From positions 18,421 to 82,420 of the forward strand of contig SFGJ01000003.1 in assembly GCA_004557655.1 (NCBI GenBank): DNA of 64,000 nucleotides, in the 5' to 3' direction. Source of the DNA: Clostridiales bacterium (GTDB taxonomy: Bacteria; Bacillota; Clostridia; Oscillospirales; Oscillospiraceae). Position 1 is the stretch's first letter, and each line of letters starts with the position of its first letter. The notes under the pieces are model-generated. The model did not search any database and had not been told where the DNA came from. It saw nothing but the letters and a program-made list of their open reading frames with translations. Below, one piece after another: positions 1 to 9,568 of the stretch. Both the position numbers and the translations under genes were made by a program.

Positions 1-258
1 ATTATTCGACGGGAGCAGAATAACCGGTTATACGGCCCATCTGCTTTTCGCTCAAGGGTGATCCGTCAGGATTTGCGGCAAAGCGGAATGTGTAGCCGTA
101 ACCCGGGTCTGCCGGGAAGGCTACGGCACGGTCTGTGCAACGTTACAGACACTTGGCTGTCCGTCATGGAAAACCGCCGCACCATGTCCCGTACGCTGTC
201 AAAATACCGGTAACGGCAGGCAATAATTTGCCGCCATGTCTTACAGGCAGATACAAAA

Positions 259-303
259 GCTTCCGGAAAAGAGAGTTCTTTTCCGGAAGCGTTTTGTCTT
301 TTT
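259..303. terminator. Bidirectional Rho-independent terminator between convergent units
   Basis: Hairpin GCTTCCGGAAAAGA-GAG-TTCTTTTCCGGAAGC with T-runs on both strands; lies just downstream of the ppaC stop. Confidence 0.7.
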
Positions 304-1912
304 AGCCCCACAGGGCGGTGAGCATGGGAATGATCTGCTTTTTGCGGCTCATGACGCCGGGGAGGAACAGGGTGTTGTCCTTAGGCTCCACGGAGAAAGC
401 GTTGCGGATAGTGTCATCGCTGCCCACATACAAAAGCTGCGTACCCTCCAACAGCACATCCGTCAGCATCAGCAGCATCATGTCGTAATGGTGCTCGTCC
501 CGGATGCGGTTCATCTCCTTGAGCAGTTCACTCTTGCGGTTCATAATATCTATAGAGTCCAGACAGGTGATCTGGCTCACGCCCAGCACCTGTTCGGCGA
601 TATGAAACTCCTTGAAGTCCGAGGCGATCATCTCCCGCACAGACTTGTCGGGACTGACGGAGGCAAACAGCTCCCGGCCGATGTCCTCCAGCTTGACATT
701 GGCGATCCGGGCCAGACGCTCCGCCATGGAAATGTCCCGCTTGGTGCAGGTGGGAGACTTGAACATCACCGTGTCGGACAAAATGGCCGCCGCCATCAGC
801 CCCGCCATGGGGCCGGAGGGAATGACGCCGTGCTCCTGATACATGGCGGCGATGACGGTATTGGTGCTGCCCACAGGCTCATTGCGCATATGGATGGGCT
901 GGCCGGTCTGGATGTCCGCCAGACGGTGGTGGTCGATGATCTCCAGGATCTCTGCCTGATCCAGCCCGGGTACGGACTGGGCAATCTCGTTGTGATCCAC
1001 CAGCACCACCTGCTTGCGCCGGGGGCGCAGCAAATGGTAGCGGGACAGGGTGCCCACCACTTTTTCGTTCTCGTCCAGCACAGGATAGCTGCGGTAGCGG
1101 CTCTTGAGCACCACCTCACGCACATCGTCGATGTAATCGTCCAGGTGGAAGCACACGATCTCCCCCCTCTGGCAGGGGCGGGAGATGGGAATGGCCTGAT
1201 AGATCAGGCGGCACACCCGCCCGGCAGGGAGCGGCGTGGAAATGATGCAGGTCCTGCCCGTGTAGCTCTCCAATTTCGGGTCGACATCCGCCCGGCATAT
1301 GATAAGACAGCTCACATCCTGATCCAGCGCCCGCTGGATCATGTCCGGCTGGCTGGCACACAGGACGATGTTATTGCTGCCGGTGAAGCGCAGATTCTCG
1401 GCGGTCTGGGGCATGGCTACCACCACATTGCCACTGACGCTGGTGGGAATGCCTCTTCCCTCGTTGACAATGCGGCCCTCCAGAACGCTGACCAGATTGA
1501 AAACCGGCAGCTCCTCCACCCGGCTGTCCACCAGCGTTTCCATACTGAAGGTGGCAATGTCCCCGGCGGAGAGCATTCCATACAGGGTGCCGTCGTCATT
1601 AACAACGGGCACGGCGGAAATGCGCTGCTCGTGCATCACAGACCATGCCCGATCCATGGTGACGGAAAAGCTTAAACAAGGAGGCGTATCAAAATCCAGA
1701 TCGCAGACCTGGGTGCGCACCGTCCGCAGCAGCTGAGGCTCGGCAAAGCCGAAATGCTTGAGCATACGGCCTGTTTCGTCGCTGATATGGCCCAGGTGCG
1801 CCGCCACATACCGTCGGTCGCCCAGGGCGTTGCGCAGGGCAGCATAGGACATGGCCGCCACAATGGAGTCCGTATCCGGATTGCGGTGTCCGGTCACATA
1901 AATTTCGTTCAT
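302..1912 (-). CDS. ppaC: CBS-domain family II (DHH/DHHA2) manganese-dependent inorganic pyrophosphatase
   Basis: N-terminal GHRNPDTDS DHH motif, central CBS pair/DRTGG region, DHNE..DHHR and C-terminal DHHA2-like region. Start moved to MNEIYVTGH (ATG 1912) behind GGGAGG RBS. Confidence 0.85.
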   Translation of the reverse strand: MNEIYVTGHRNPDTDSIVAAMSYAALRNALGDRRYVAAHLGHISDETGRMLKHFGFAEPQLLRTVRTQVCDLDFDTPPCLSFSVTMDRAWSVMHEQRISAVPVVNDDGTLYGMLSAGDIATFSMETLVDSRVEELPVFNLVSVLEGRIVNEGRGIPTSVSGNVVVAMPQTAENLRFTGSNNIVLCASQPDMIQRALDQDVSCLIICRADVDPKLESYTGRTCIISTPLPAGRVCRLIYQAIPISRPCQRGEIVCFHLDDYIDDVREVVLKSRYRSYPVLDENEKVVGTLSRYHLLRPRRKQVVLVDHNEIAQSVPGLDQAEILEIIDHHRLADIQTGQPIHMRNEPVGSTNTVIAAMYQEHGVIPSGPMAGLMAAAILSDTVMFKSPTCTKRDISMAERLARIANVKLEDIGRELFASVSPDKSVREMIASDFKEFHIAEQVLGVSQITCLDSIDIMNRKSELLKEMNRIRDEHHYDMMLLMLTDVLLEGTQLLYVGSDDTIRNAFSVEPKDNTLFLPGVMSRKKQIIPMLTALWG

Positions 1913-1940
1913 CCTCTCGCCTCCCATAGGTGTTTTTTTT

Positions 1941-1969
1941 ATTATAAAACCGGCACCCGTCTTTTTCAA
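1941..1969 (-). promoter_or_regulatory. Putative sigma-A promoter of ppaC
   Basis: Minus strand reads TTGAAA-17 nt-TATAAT, about 30 nt upstream of the ppaC RBS. Confidence 0.5.
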
Positions 1970-2137
1970 TACGAGGATATACTAAAAATTGGTACCATGG
2001 ACAACTGATTTCGGTGAAAAAGCAGAGAATTTGCCCCGTTTCGATGATTTTATGGTGGGAGTTTGGGGGCATTACGGATTCCCTTGCCGCCGGCGGCCGC
2101 TCATGCCGCCCTGCAAAACGCTGTCAAAGGAGCGAGC

Positions 2138-2167
2138 AAAAAGTCCCGCCGGGAAGGCGGGACTTTT
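2138..2167 (-). terminator. Rho-independent terminator of the GntR-ABC operon
   Basis: Hairpin AAAAGTCCCGCC-GGGA-AGGCGGGACTTTT; on the minus strand it is followed by TTTTTG, 13 nt after the permease stop. Confidence 0.7.
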
Positions 2168-2179
2168 CTCCGTATGGGG

Positions 2180-3940
2180 TTAATTCAGCATCTGGGCGTC
2201 GTAGTCCTCGTTGTATGCCAGGAAGATATCCTCCGGGGATTCGATGATACCCCACTCCTGCAGAAGCTGCAGGGTACGGGTGCAGTGTGTGTTGAGATAC
2301 AGCTCCGCATAGACGCTGCCATCCAGATTTTGCAGGTAGATGTCGACCTTACACTGCTCACCCTGGTACAGATCTATGGCTGTCATGTCCATATGGGCGG
2401 CATCGTCCGTAATGGCCTTATACAGCGCCTGACTCTGCTGTGCTGTAAGCTCCTGCTGCGCTCCGCCCCAGAGGTTGTAATAACCCGTGCGGAAATCGCT
2501 TACGCTGGGATTTTCCGAGGTCAGCATCACCAGACTGCGGCGGAAGGACCCTGTTTCCAGCATGGGCAGAATGTGCTTCACATCCTCCTGCCGCAGATCA
2601 TACCGCCGGGAGAGGGTGCTGCTTTCAAGGAAATAGGTCAGGGTGATGGGGCGGCCATAGCCGGCGGCATTCTCGCCCTCCTCCCTTTCGCGCTGCTGAA
2701 AATACTTGTGTGCTTCAATGATGGCAGCAATCTCCTCCGGGTCTCTGGTGACGCAGGGAACGGACTTGTAATTCAGATTTATGTTCACCTTGGCGTCCAC
2801 CACCTGCTCCACACTGGGAATGCGGCTCTCATATCCGAAAACATCCGCCTTTATGCACAGGGTAATGCCCACGATGACCACGCACAGGGCGATGAGCTCC
2901 GGCCACAGCTTTTTGAAAATACGGGGTGTCTTGGCAATGAGCATCTGGCTGCCAATCATGCACACCAGGCCCAGGCCCACCATACAGGAAAGCAGCACAG
3001 GCAGCTCCCGGGTGCCGCTGAACAGCTCCGCGAACACCAGGCCCAGGCCCGCGCCCCCCAGGAGCGCCACGACCCACCGCACCACCGGCTGCAGCGGCTT
3101 AAAGGCCAGGGTATCCCCGGAGCGCTCACTGCGGCGGATGCGGTAGAGGAAGTAGCTGCCCACCAGCAGCGCCACAGCCACAAGACCATAGACCAGCAGT
3201 GTCTTCCATGCGTCAGGGGACATGAATTTATCGCTCTCTTTGTACAGTGCCACTTCGCTGCAACTCATTTTCAGCCGCAGCACCGGAGTGAGCCACGTGG
3301 CGGTGTCGTTCAGGCCCATATAGAATATGTTGTCATTATAGCTGGGGTAGAAAATGCTGCACAGGGCATTTATAAGCAGCCGAGCCAGCAGAGCCACGCA
3401 GTTCAGTCCCCCAAAAGCCACCAGCACCGCCGGTATCCAGCCGGTAAGCACACAGCAGAGGATGCCCAAAGCGAAAAACAGCAGGAAGGTGAGCAGAGAG
3501 GCCGCCAGCCAGGACAGGCTCCCGCCCCACTGAACGCCGCTGCCGCTCTGGGCCAGCACCGCCAGCAAAAACACCAGCACATTGCCCAGCGCCACGCCGC
3601 CCGCCCCGCACAGAACATGGGTGCGGAACTGGCAGCCCCGGCTCATGGGGAAGCTGTGCAGACCACAGGTGGCCCGGGCATTGGACAGGTAGAAAAACAG
3701 GGACGCCGCCAGAACAATCCCCGCAAAGAGGTTGATCCACACAGAGGCGGAAACAGCTCCCTGAAAGATCCTCTGGATGGTGGACTGATAAAACTCAGGC
3801 GCTTCATCGGCAAGACTGCGCCACAGGTGCAGGGGAAGGATCAGCAGCCACAGCAGCGTGTAGCCCCCCAGCAGGGGCCAGCAGCGGCGCAGATCGCTGC
3901 GCAGCAGGGCCGGATTATAAAAGGATCTTGTGAGCAGCAT
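2180..3940 (-). CDS. Large multi-pass ABC-2-type transporter permease
   Basis: Hydrophobic N-terminal half with many predicted TM helices and a soluble C-terminal half. Follows the ABC ATPase. Start at MLLTRSF (3940) behind GGGAGGTG RBS. Confidence 0.7.
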   Translation of the reverse strand: MLLTRSFYNPALLRSDLRRCWPLLGGYTLLWLLILPLHLWRSLADEAPEFYQSTIQRIFQGAVSASVWINLFAGIVLAASLFFYLSNARATCGLHSFPMSRGCQFRTHVLCGAGGVALGNVLVFLLAVLAQSGSGVQWGGSLSWLAASLLTFLLFFALGILCCVLTGWIPAVLVAFGGLNCVALLARLLINALCSIFYPSYNDNIFYMGLNDTATWLTPVLRLKMSCSEVALYKESDKFMSPDAWKTLLVYGLVAVALLVGSYFLYRIRRSERSGDTLAFKPLQPVVRWVVALLGGAGLGLVFAELFSGTRELPVLLSCMVGLGLVCMIGSQMLIAKTPRIFKKLWPELIALCVVIVGITLCIKADVFGYESRIPSVEQVVDAKVNINLNYKSVPCVTRDPEEIAAIIEAHKYFQQREREEGENAAGYGRPITLTYFLESSTLSRRYDLRQEDVKHILPMLETGSFRRSLVMLTSENPSVSDFRTGYYNLWGGAQQELTAQQSQALYKAITDDAAHMDMTAIDLYQGEQCKVDIYLQNLDGSVYAELYLNTHCTRTLQLLQEWGIIESPEDIFLAYNEDYDAQMLN

Positions 3941-4814
3941 CGTCCGCACCTCCCAATTCATAGATAAAGATCTCCTCCAGTGTCAGAGGAATGGCCTCCA
4001 GCAGCACCGGATCGGTAATTTGCATACGGCGGCAGATCTCCTCGCTGCTGCCGCGCATGATGTAGGTATGCACACGGCCCACCGCCGAATGGTGCAGGAT
4101 CTGCAGCTCGGCGGGGAGTGCGGGCTCTTCGGCAGTCTTATAAGCCACCTGCAGCTTCACAGTGTTGTCCTGCAGATCGGAGAGAGTCCGCTCCAGCAGC
4201 ACTGCGCCCTTATCCATGATGCCCACATGGTCGCACACATCCTCCAGCTCCCGGAGGTTGTGGCTGCTCAGCAGCACCGTGGTGCCTCGGGCGGCCACAT
4301 CGTCCAACAGCACCTGCCACACCTGACGGCGCATGACGGGGTCCAGTCCGTCCACCGGCTCATCCAGCACCAGATACTCCGGCAGACAGCTCATGGTGAT
4401 CCAGAAGGCCGCCTGCCGCTGCATACCCTTGCTCATGCGGCGGATGGGCTTCTTTTCGGAAATCTGAAACAGCTCCCGGAGCTTGTTAAAGCGTTCCTTG
4501 TCGAACTTGGGGTACATCCCCGCATACAGCGCGGCCATTTCCCGGATGGTGGACTGGTTATAGTAAAACCAATCGTCGGGAATGGACACTATGCTCTGCT
4601 TCACATGGCGGTTTTCAAATACCGGGATGCCGTTTACCAGCACCTGGCCGCTGTCCTGCTTATATACGCCTGTGATGTGGCGCAGCAGGGTGGACTTGCC
4701 GGCACCGTTGGGGCCCACCAGGCCGTATACCGCGCCCCTGGGCACCGTTATGGTGGCACCCTTCAGGGCGGCAAAGCCGTCAAAGGTCTTCACCAGGTTT
4801 TTTACCTCAATCAT
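3915..4814 (-). CDS. ABC transporter ATP-binding protein
   Basis: Walker A GPNGAGKST, signature MSKGMQRQ, Walker B LVLDEP; overlaps the GntR gene stop. Confidence 0.9.
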   Translation of the reverse strand: MIEVKNLVKTFDGFAALKGATITVPRGAVYGLVGPNGAGKSTLLRHITGVYKQDSGQVLVNGIPVFENRHVKQSIVSIPDDWFYYNQSTIREMAALYAGMYPKFDKERFNKLRELFQISEKKPIRRMSKGMQRQAAFWITMSCLPEYLVLDEPVDGLDPVMRRQVWQVLLDDVAARGTTVLLSSHNLRELEDVCDHVGIMDKGAVLLERTLSDLQDNTVKLQVAYKTAEEPALPAELQILHHSAVGRVHTYIMRGSSEEICRRMQITDPVLLEAIPLTLEEIFIYELGGADDAAHKILL

Positions 4815-5172
4815 TGCTCTTCTCCTCCTTCCACAGAGCCAGCCACTGCTGCTCCGTCATGCCCAGGTGCCGCAGCTCCTCTATGATCTCCTCCAAAGAC
4901 GCTGTCAGCTCCGCCATGCGTCGGCTGTTTTGCTCGCCGTCCTCCGCCACGAAGCTGCCCCGGCCGGCCACGGAATACACAAAGCCCTCCGCCTCCAACT
5001 GGGCGTAGGCCCGCTGGATGGTGTTGGGGTTAATGGCCAGCTCCGTGGCCAGCTTGCGCACAGAGGGAAGCTGATCTCCCGGCTGCAGCCCTCCACTGAG
5101 CATCAGCCGCCGCAGACCGTCCCGCACCTGCTGGTGAATAGGACGACTGTCCCGGTAGTCAATATGCAGCAC
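4807..5172 (-). CDS. GntR/YtrA-family transcriptional regulator
   Basis: Short winged-helix GntR pattern (PGDQLPSVRKLATELAINPNTIQRAY). GTG start at 5172, 8 nt after AAGGAGG. Confidence 0.85.
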   Translation of the reverse strand: MLHIDYRDSRPIHQQVRDGLRRLMLSGGLQPGDQLPSVRKLATELAINPNTIQRAYAQLEAEGFVYSVAGRGSFVAEDGEQNSRRMAELTASLEEIIEELRHLGMTEQQWLALWKEEKSND

Positions 5173-5200
5173 GCTGTATGCCTCCTTTCTGTGTGTTAAG

Positions 5201-5253
5201 TGTACTATTCGTATTAGTACAGTTAATATACCACAGCATTTTATTCCTGTCAA
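5201..5253 (-). promoter_or_regulatory. Promoter (TTGACA-17-TATATT) plus GntR-type operator of the GntR-ABC operon
   Basis: Minus strand TTGACA (5248-5253) and TATATT (5225-5230). Perfect inverted repeat TGTACTA-N7-TAGTACA at 5201-5221, just downstream of the -10. Confidence 0.6.
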
Positions 5254-5400
5254 GTGGCTAAATGGGAATATTTTCTGTCCCCATGGGGCAAGATGAAAGG
5301 GAATAGCTCAAGGACAGGAATACGGATCCTCACTGGCGGGACGAGGTGCGCCGGAGGCAAAACGCATTTCATTATTATTTAATTAAAAGGAGAAATAACC

Positions 5401-5589
5401 GTGAAAGCAATGGTCTATGAAAAAGGCTGCATCCGCTGTGGCCTGTGTGCGGCGGTTTGTCCGGAGGTCTTTTCCATTACCCCCGGACAGACTGCCCGGG
5501 CCGAATCCGGGGACATTCCCACTTCCCTGCAGATCAACGCCCAGGCTGCCGCCGAGGGTTGTCCCGTGGATGCTATTACAATTCAATAA
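5401..5589 (+). CDS. Small 4Fe-4S ferredoxin
   Basis: 62 aa with [12 protein letters not shown] and a C-terminal CP motif; GTG start 8 nt after AAAGGAG. Confidence 0.8.
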   Translation: MKAMVYEKGCIRCGLCAAVCPEVFSITPGQTARAESGDIPTSLQINAQAAAEGCPVDAITIQ

Positions 5590-5758
5590 AAAAGTGCGTT
5601 TTTTTATAAAATCGTGCTTTACAAGCGGCAAAGGTTGTGATATTTTATTAGAGTACGCTGCTATGCGTATGAATTGCCCTTGCCTTAGTCCTGCGGATGC
5701 TTCACCCGTCCCGGCACTCAGACAGCGGGCAGAACATAATGAAAGGTGGAAAATAACC

Positions 5759-6025
5759 ATGATGCTGAAAGATCAGAAGACCTCCATTATCGAGGCCAAC
5801 CGTACCCACGAGAACGACACCGGCTCCCCCGAGGTGCAGGTCGCGATCCTCACCGAGCGTATCAGCCAGCTCACCGCTCACCTGAAGGTGCATCCCCACG
5901 ACTTCCACAGCCGCCGCGGTATGCAGATGATGATCGGTAAGCGCCGTCGTCTGCTGGACTATCTGGCCAAGAAGGACATCGAGCGTTATCGTGCCCTTAT
6001 CGCCAAGCTGGGCCTGCGTCGATAA
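5759..6025 (+). CDS. rpsO: 30S ribosomal protein S15
   Basis: 88 aa with S15 hallmarks ([35 protein letters not shown]). RBS GAAAGGTGGA; sits upstream of pnp as usual. Confidence 0.95.
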   Translation: MMLKDQKTSIIEANRTHENDTGSPEVQVAILTERISQLTAHLKVHPHDFHSRRGMQMMIGKRRRLLDYLAKKDIERYRALIAKLGLRR

Positions 6026-6037
6026 TTTCAGGAATCC

Positions 6038-6070
6038 GGGTGGTGCAGGCTCCCTGCGCCACCCTGTTTT
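6038..6070 (+). terminator. rpsO terminator/attenuator hairpin
   Basis: GGGTGGTGCAGG-CTCC-CTGCGCCACCC followed by TGTTTT. Confidence 0.65.
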
Positions 6071-6204
6071 CACATTTTCAACTCATCCCACGGAAGGAAA
6101 CTTGCGCCTTTAGCGTTTGAAAATGTACCTTGCCCCAGGGTGCGTTTTCAAGTGCTAAAGGGTTTGTCTTCCGGGGGAAATAAGAAGCAAAAGGAGATCA
6201 ACCC

Positions 6205-8355
6205 ATGTCAACAATCATTACCAAGCGCCAGTTCCCGGGCTACCACAAGTATGAGATGGATCTGGCCGGCCGGCCTCTGACTCTGGAGGTGGGCAAGCTG
6301 GCAGAGCTGGCCAACGCCGCCGTGATGGTGGGCTACGGCGACACCCGTGTGCTCTGCTGCGTCACCGCCGCTCCCCGTCCCCGGGACGGCATCGACTTCT
6401 TCCCCCTGAGCGTGGACTTTGAGGAGAAGATGTACTCCGTGGGCCGTATTCCCGGCAGCTTTAACCGCCGTGAGGGCCGCCCCGGCGAGAAGGGCATCCT
6501 GACCAGCCGCGTCATCGACCGCCCCATCCGCCCCCTGTTCCCCTACGATTTCCGTAACGATGTGTCCGTGATGTGCACCGTCATGGCTGTGGATCACGAC
6601 TGCTCCCCCGAGATTGCCGCTCTCATCGGCACCTCCGCCGCTCTGGCCATTTCCGACATTCCCTGGAACGGCCCCGTGGGCGCCCTGAAGGTGGGTCTGG
6701 TGGACGGTAAGCTGGTGTTCAATCCCGACGCTGAGCAGCGCAAGGTCAGTGATCTGGATGTCACCGTGGTCTCCACCGGCAAGAAGGTGGTCATGATCGA
6801 GGCCGGCGCCAATGAGGTGCCCAACGATGTAATGTTCGAGGCCATCCGCTCCGCCCACGAGGAGAACCAGAAGCAGATCGCCCTCATAGGCCAGATGGTC
6901 TCCGAGATCGGCAAGCCCAAGTTCGACTATCCCCACGCGGACTTCAATCAGGAGCTGTTTGACAAGATCGTTCATGACTTTATGGACGAGGCCAAGGCCG
7001 CCATGGATACCGACGATAAGAATGTCCGGGAGGCCCGCTGGAACGAGATGATCGAGCACTGGCACGAGAAGTATCTGGAGGAGTATCCGGATATGGATCA
7101 GTATCTGGAAGAATTCACCTACAAGTTCCAGAAGAAGATCGTCAAGGCGTGGCTGCTGCAGGGACACCGTGTGGACGGCCGCCAGAAGAACGAGATCCGT
7201 CCTCTGGACGCCGAGGTGGGCGTGCTGCCCCGTGTCCACGGCTCCGGCCTCTTTACCCGTGGCCAGACCCAGGTCCTCTCCGTCTGCACCCTGGATACCC
7301 TGTCCGCCAATCAGAAGCTGGACACCATCTGGGAGGAGACTGAGAAGCGCTATATGCACCACTACAACTTCCCCGGCTACTCTGTTGGTGAGGCTAAGCC
7401 CGCCCGCAGCCCCGGCCGCCGGGAGATCGGCCACGGCGCGCTGGCTGAGCGCGCCCTGCTGCCCGTGATCCCCCCGGTGGAGGAGTTCCCCTATGCCATC
7501 CGTGTGGTATCCGAGGTGGTATCCTCCAACGGCTCCACCTCCCAGGGCTCCATCTGCGGCTCTACTCTGGCGCTGATGGACGCCGGTGTGCCCATCAAGG
7601 CCCCCGTGGCCGGCATTTCCTGTGGCCTCATTCAGGATGATGACGGCTCCTTCACCACCTTTATCGACATTCAGGGCGTGGAGGACTTCCACGGTGAGAT
7701 GGACTTCAAGGTGGCCGGCACCAAGAAGGGCATCACCGCCATTCAGATGGACCTGAAGAACGACGGCCTGACCATGGAGATCATCCGGAACGCTCTGGAC
7801 ATCACCTACGATGCCCGTGTGCAGATCCTGGACCAGATCATGCTGCCTGTAATCGCCGAGCCCCGGCCCGAGGTCAGCCCCTATGCCCCCAAGATGATCA
7901 CCATGCACATTGATCCCGACAAGATCCGGGATGTCATCGGCAAAGGCGGCAGCGTCATCCAGAAGATCGTGGCAGAATCCGGCGCCAAGATCGACATCGA
8001 CGATGACGGAACCATCCACATTGCCTCCCCCGACGCCAACTCCTGCGCCCTGGCAAAGAAGTGCATCGACGACATCGTGTTCGTGCCCGAGGTGGGCGCT
8101 CTGTACTATGGACGCGTGGTGCGTCTGATGACCTTCGGCGCCTTCGTGGAGCTGGCTCCCGGCAAGGACGGCCTGGTGCATATCTCCAAGCTGGCCGACC
8201 ACCGCATCGAGAAGGTGGAGGATGCCTGCAAAATCGGCGATATGATGTGGGTCAAGGTCACGGAGATCGACGAAAAGGGCCGCGTGAACCTCTCTCACAA
8301 GGACGCCATGAAGGAGATCAAGGCTAAAGAAGAGGCCGGCGAAGTCATCAAGTAA
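6205..8355 (+). CDS. pnp: Polynucleotide phosphorylase
   Basis: 716 aa with two RNase PH domains, then KH (GKGGSVIQKI) and S1 (GRVVRLMTFGAFVEL) domains. Confidence 0.97.
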   Translation: MSTIITKRQFPGYHKYEMDLAGRPLTLEVGKLAELANAAVMVGYGDTRVLCCVTAAPRPRDGIDFFPLSVDFEEKMYSVGRIPGSFNRREGRPGEKGILTSRVIDRPIRPLFPYDFRNDVSVMCTVMAVDHDCSPEIAALIGTSAALAISDIPWNGPVGALKVGLVDGKLVFNPDAEQRKVSDLDVTVVSTGKKVVMIEAGANEVPNDVMFEAIRSAHEENQKQIALIGQMVSEIGKPKFDYPHADFNQELFDKIVHDFMDEAKAAMDTDDKNVREARWNEMIEHWHEKYLEEYPDMDQYLEEFTYKFQKKIVKAWLLQGHRVDGRQKNEIRPLDAEVGVLPRVHGSGLFTRGQTQVLSVCTLDTLSANQKLDTIWEETEKRYMHHYNFPGYSVGEAKPARSPGRREIGHGALAERALLPVIPPVEEFPYAIRVVSEVVSSNGSTSQGSICGSTLALMDAGVPIKAPVAGISCGLIQDDDGSFTTFIDIQGVEDFHGEMDFKVAGTKKGITAIQMDLKNDGLTMEIIRNALDITYDARVQILDQIMLPVIAEPRPEVSPYAPKMITMHIDPDKIRDVIGKGGSVIQKIVAESGAKIDIDDDGTIHIASPDANSCALAKKCIDDIVFVPEVGALYYGRVVRLMTFGAFVELAPGKDGLVHISKLADHRIEKVEDACKIGDMMWVKVTEIDEKGRVNLSHKDAMKEIKAKEEAGEVIK

Positions 8356-8374
8356 TTTCCGATTTCTATAGCAA

Positions 8375-8406
8375 AAGAGGACACCCCTCGGTGTCCTCTT
8401 TTTTTT
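8375..8406 (+). terminator. pnp Rho-independent terminator
   Basis: AAGAGGACAC-CCCTCG-GTGTCCTCTT followed by a T-run. Confidence 0.8.
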
Positions 8407-8504
8407 GCGCCGGTTTTTCGTTTTATCCCTGATTTTGCATCGTCTCCGCGCCCATCTTCGCCGGCTGCTGCCGCAGCCCCGTCCTTTTTGCTTTCCGCCT
8501 TCTC

Positions 8505-9368
8505 TCACCCCAGCAGCCCTGTGATGTCCTCCACCGTAAGCTGGGGCTGCAGCGCCAGATTCACTCCATAGGCCATCATGCGGCTCAGCTCCCGCACGCG
8601 CTGGTCGATGTCCCGGGGCGTGACAAACAGGGCCTCCCCCTCCGCCGGCGGAGCATCCTCTCCCACCAGCCGCTCTGCCCGGATCACTGTGGGCAGTCCC
8701 AAGGCCAGCACCGGCACGCCCAGGGTTTTCTCCGACACCTCCTTGCGTTGGTTGCCCACCCCGGAACCGGGGACAAGCCCCGCGTCCGTCAATTGCAAGA
8801 CACCGCACAGCCGCTCCCGGCTGCGGGCCGCCAAGGCATCCAGCACGATGATACACCGGGGCCGCAGCATCTCCGTCACGGCGGCGATCAACTCCCAGGT
8901 CTCCACCCCTGTTTCCGCCAAAACGCCGGTGGTCAGGGCCGCCACGGAGGAAAAGCCACGGAATTCCTGGGGCATGGAGCGAAGCATATGCCGGGTCACC
9001 AGGATATGTCCCAGCGCCAGCGGCCCCACGGCATCCGCCGTCAGTGAGCGGTTGCCCAGGCCCACCACCAGCACCGGCTCCTCGCCGCCCGGCAGCAGAG
9101 CCATCAGCTCCCGGGCGATGCACTGGGCTCCCTGCACGAAAAAATCCTTTCGCCGATGCAGATACGGCGCAAGCTCCATGGTGATGTATTTTCCCACAGG
9201 TCGCTCCAGCCGCCGGGCCTGCTCCGGGTCAGTGAGCTCCATGTAGGTCAAGGCGTAGCCATCCCGCATTTTCCGCCGCACCTCCATACCCGGGCAGGAG
9301 GCGATCTGCGCCGCTCCCATATGAATTTGCGCCGCTTCCAGTGCCAGATCCGTTCCCAAAACGCTCAC
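8505..9368 (-). CDS. gpr: Germination protease (spore endopeptidase GPR)
   Basis: GPR-like sequence (TDLALEA, VVGLGN..LTADAVGP, IIVLDALAARS, TDAGLVPGSGVGN). Start uncertain: GTG 9368, GTG 9380 or TTG 9359. Confidence 0.8.
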   Translation of the reverse strand: MSVLGTDLALEAAQIHMGAAQIASCPGMEVRRKMRDGYALTYMELTDPEQARRLERPVGKYITMELAPYLHRRKDFFVQGAQCIARELMALLPGGEEPVLVVGLGNRSLTADAVGPLALGHILVTRHMLRSMPQEFRGFSSVAALTTGVLAETGVETWELIAAVTEMLRPRCIIVLDALAARSRERLCGVLQLTDAGLVPGSGVGNQRKEVSEKTLGVPVLALGLPTVIRAERLVGEDAPPAEGEALFVTPRDIDQRVRELSRMMAYGVNLALQPQLTVEDITGLLG

Positions 9369-9476
9369 CCTTGTGGTCACACCCCTTTCAAAAACACAAA
9401 ATATTGTGGCTAATATGTAGTCTTCCGCCGAAATCAGAAAATATTCAATTTTTTCCGGCAAATCTCAAAAAAGGGC

Positions 9477-9505
9477 TTGCAATTTAGGATAATCAATGCT
9501 AAAAT
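9477..9505 (+). promoter_or_regulatory. Putative sigma-A promoter of rpsT
   Basis: TTGCAA-17 nt-TAAAAT. Confidence 0.55.
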
Positions 9506-9568
9506 ATCATCCTGCGTGGATGTTTTTTAAGGCGAAACGCGAAATTGATCGTCGGGGAGGTGTTTGGT

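Noticed and set aside
1-235. Window start. Possibilities considered: an open frame 1-213 (Arg-rich, no start in window); an alternative frame ending LFDGSRITGYTAHLLFAQG* at 61; a CAGAATAACCGGTTATACGG stretch (about 15-35) faintly resembling the conserved 3' region of RNase P RNA; several local hairpins at 90-230.
   Set aside because: Too little sequence to decide. Third-position GC of the 1-213 frame looks lower than in the real genes here. The RNase P resemblance is about 20 nt and imperfect (GGTTATA versus GGCTTA). No known riboswitch or sRNA motif was recognised. Left uncalled; an Rfam scan of the extended region would settle it.
6208-9123. Very long ORFs antisense to, or out of frame with, housekeeping genes. 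Examples: 971 aa opposite pnp, 732 aa at 10096-12294, 724 aa at 33848-36022, 651 aa at 37517-39472, 695 aa at 59110-61197, and 479 aa at 236-1675.
   Set aside because: Each overlaps a gene with unmistakable conserved motifs on the other strand or frame. Their translations are low-complexity and rich in Gly/Ala/His/Leu/Arg/Val. They lack RBS-start geometry. Stop-free antisense frames are expected in GC-rich DNA with strong third-position GC bias.
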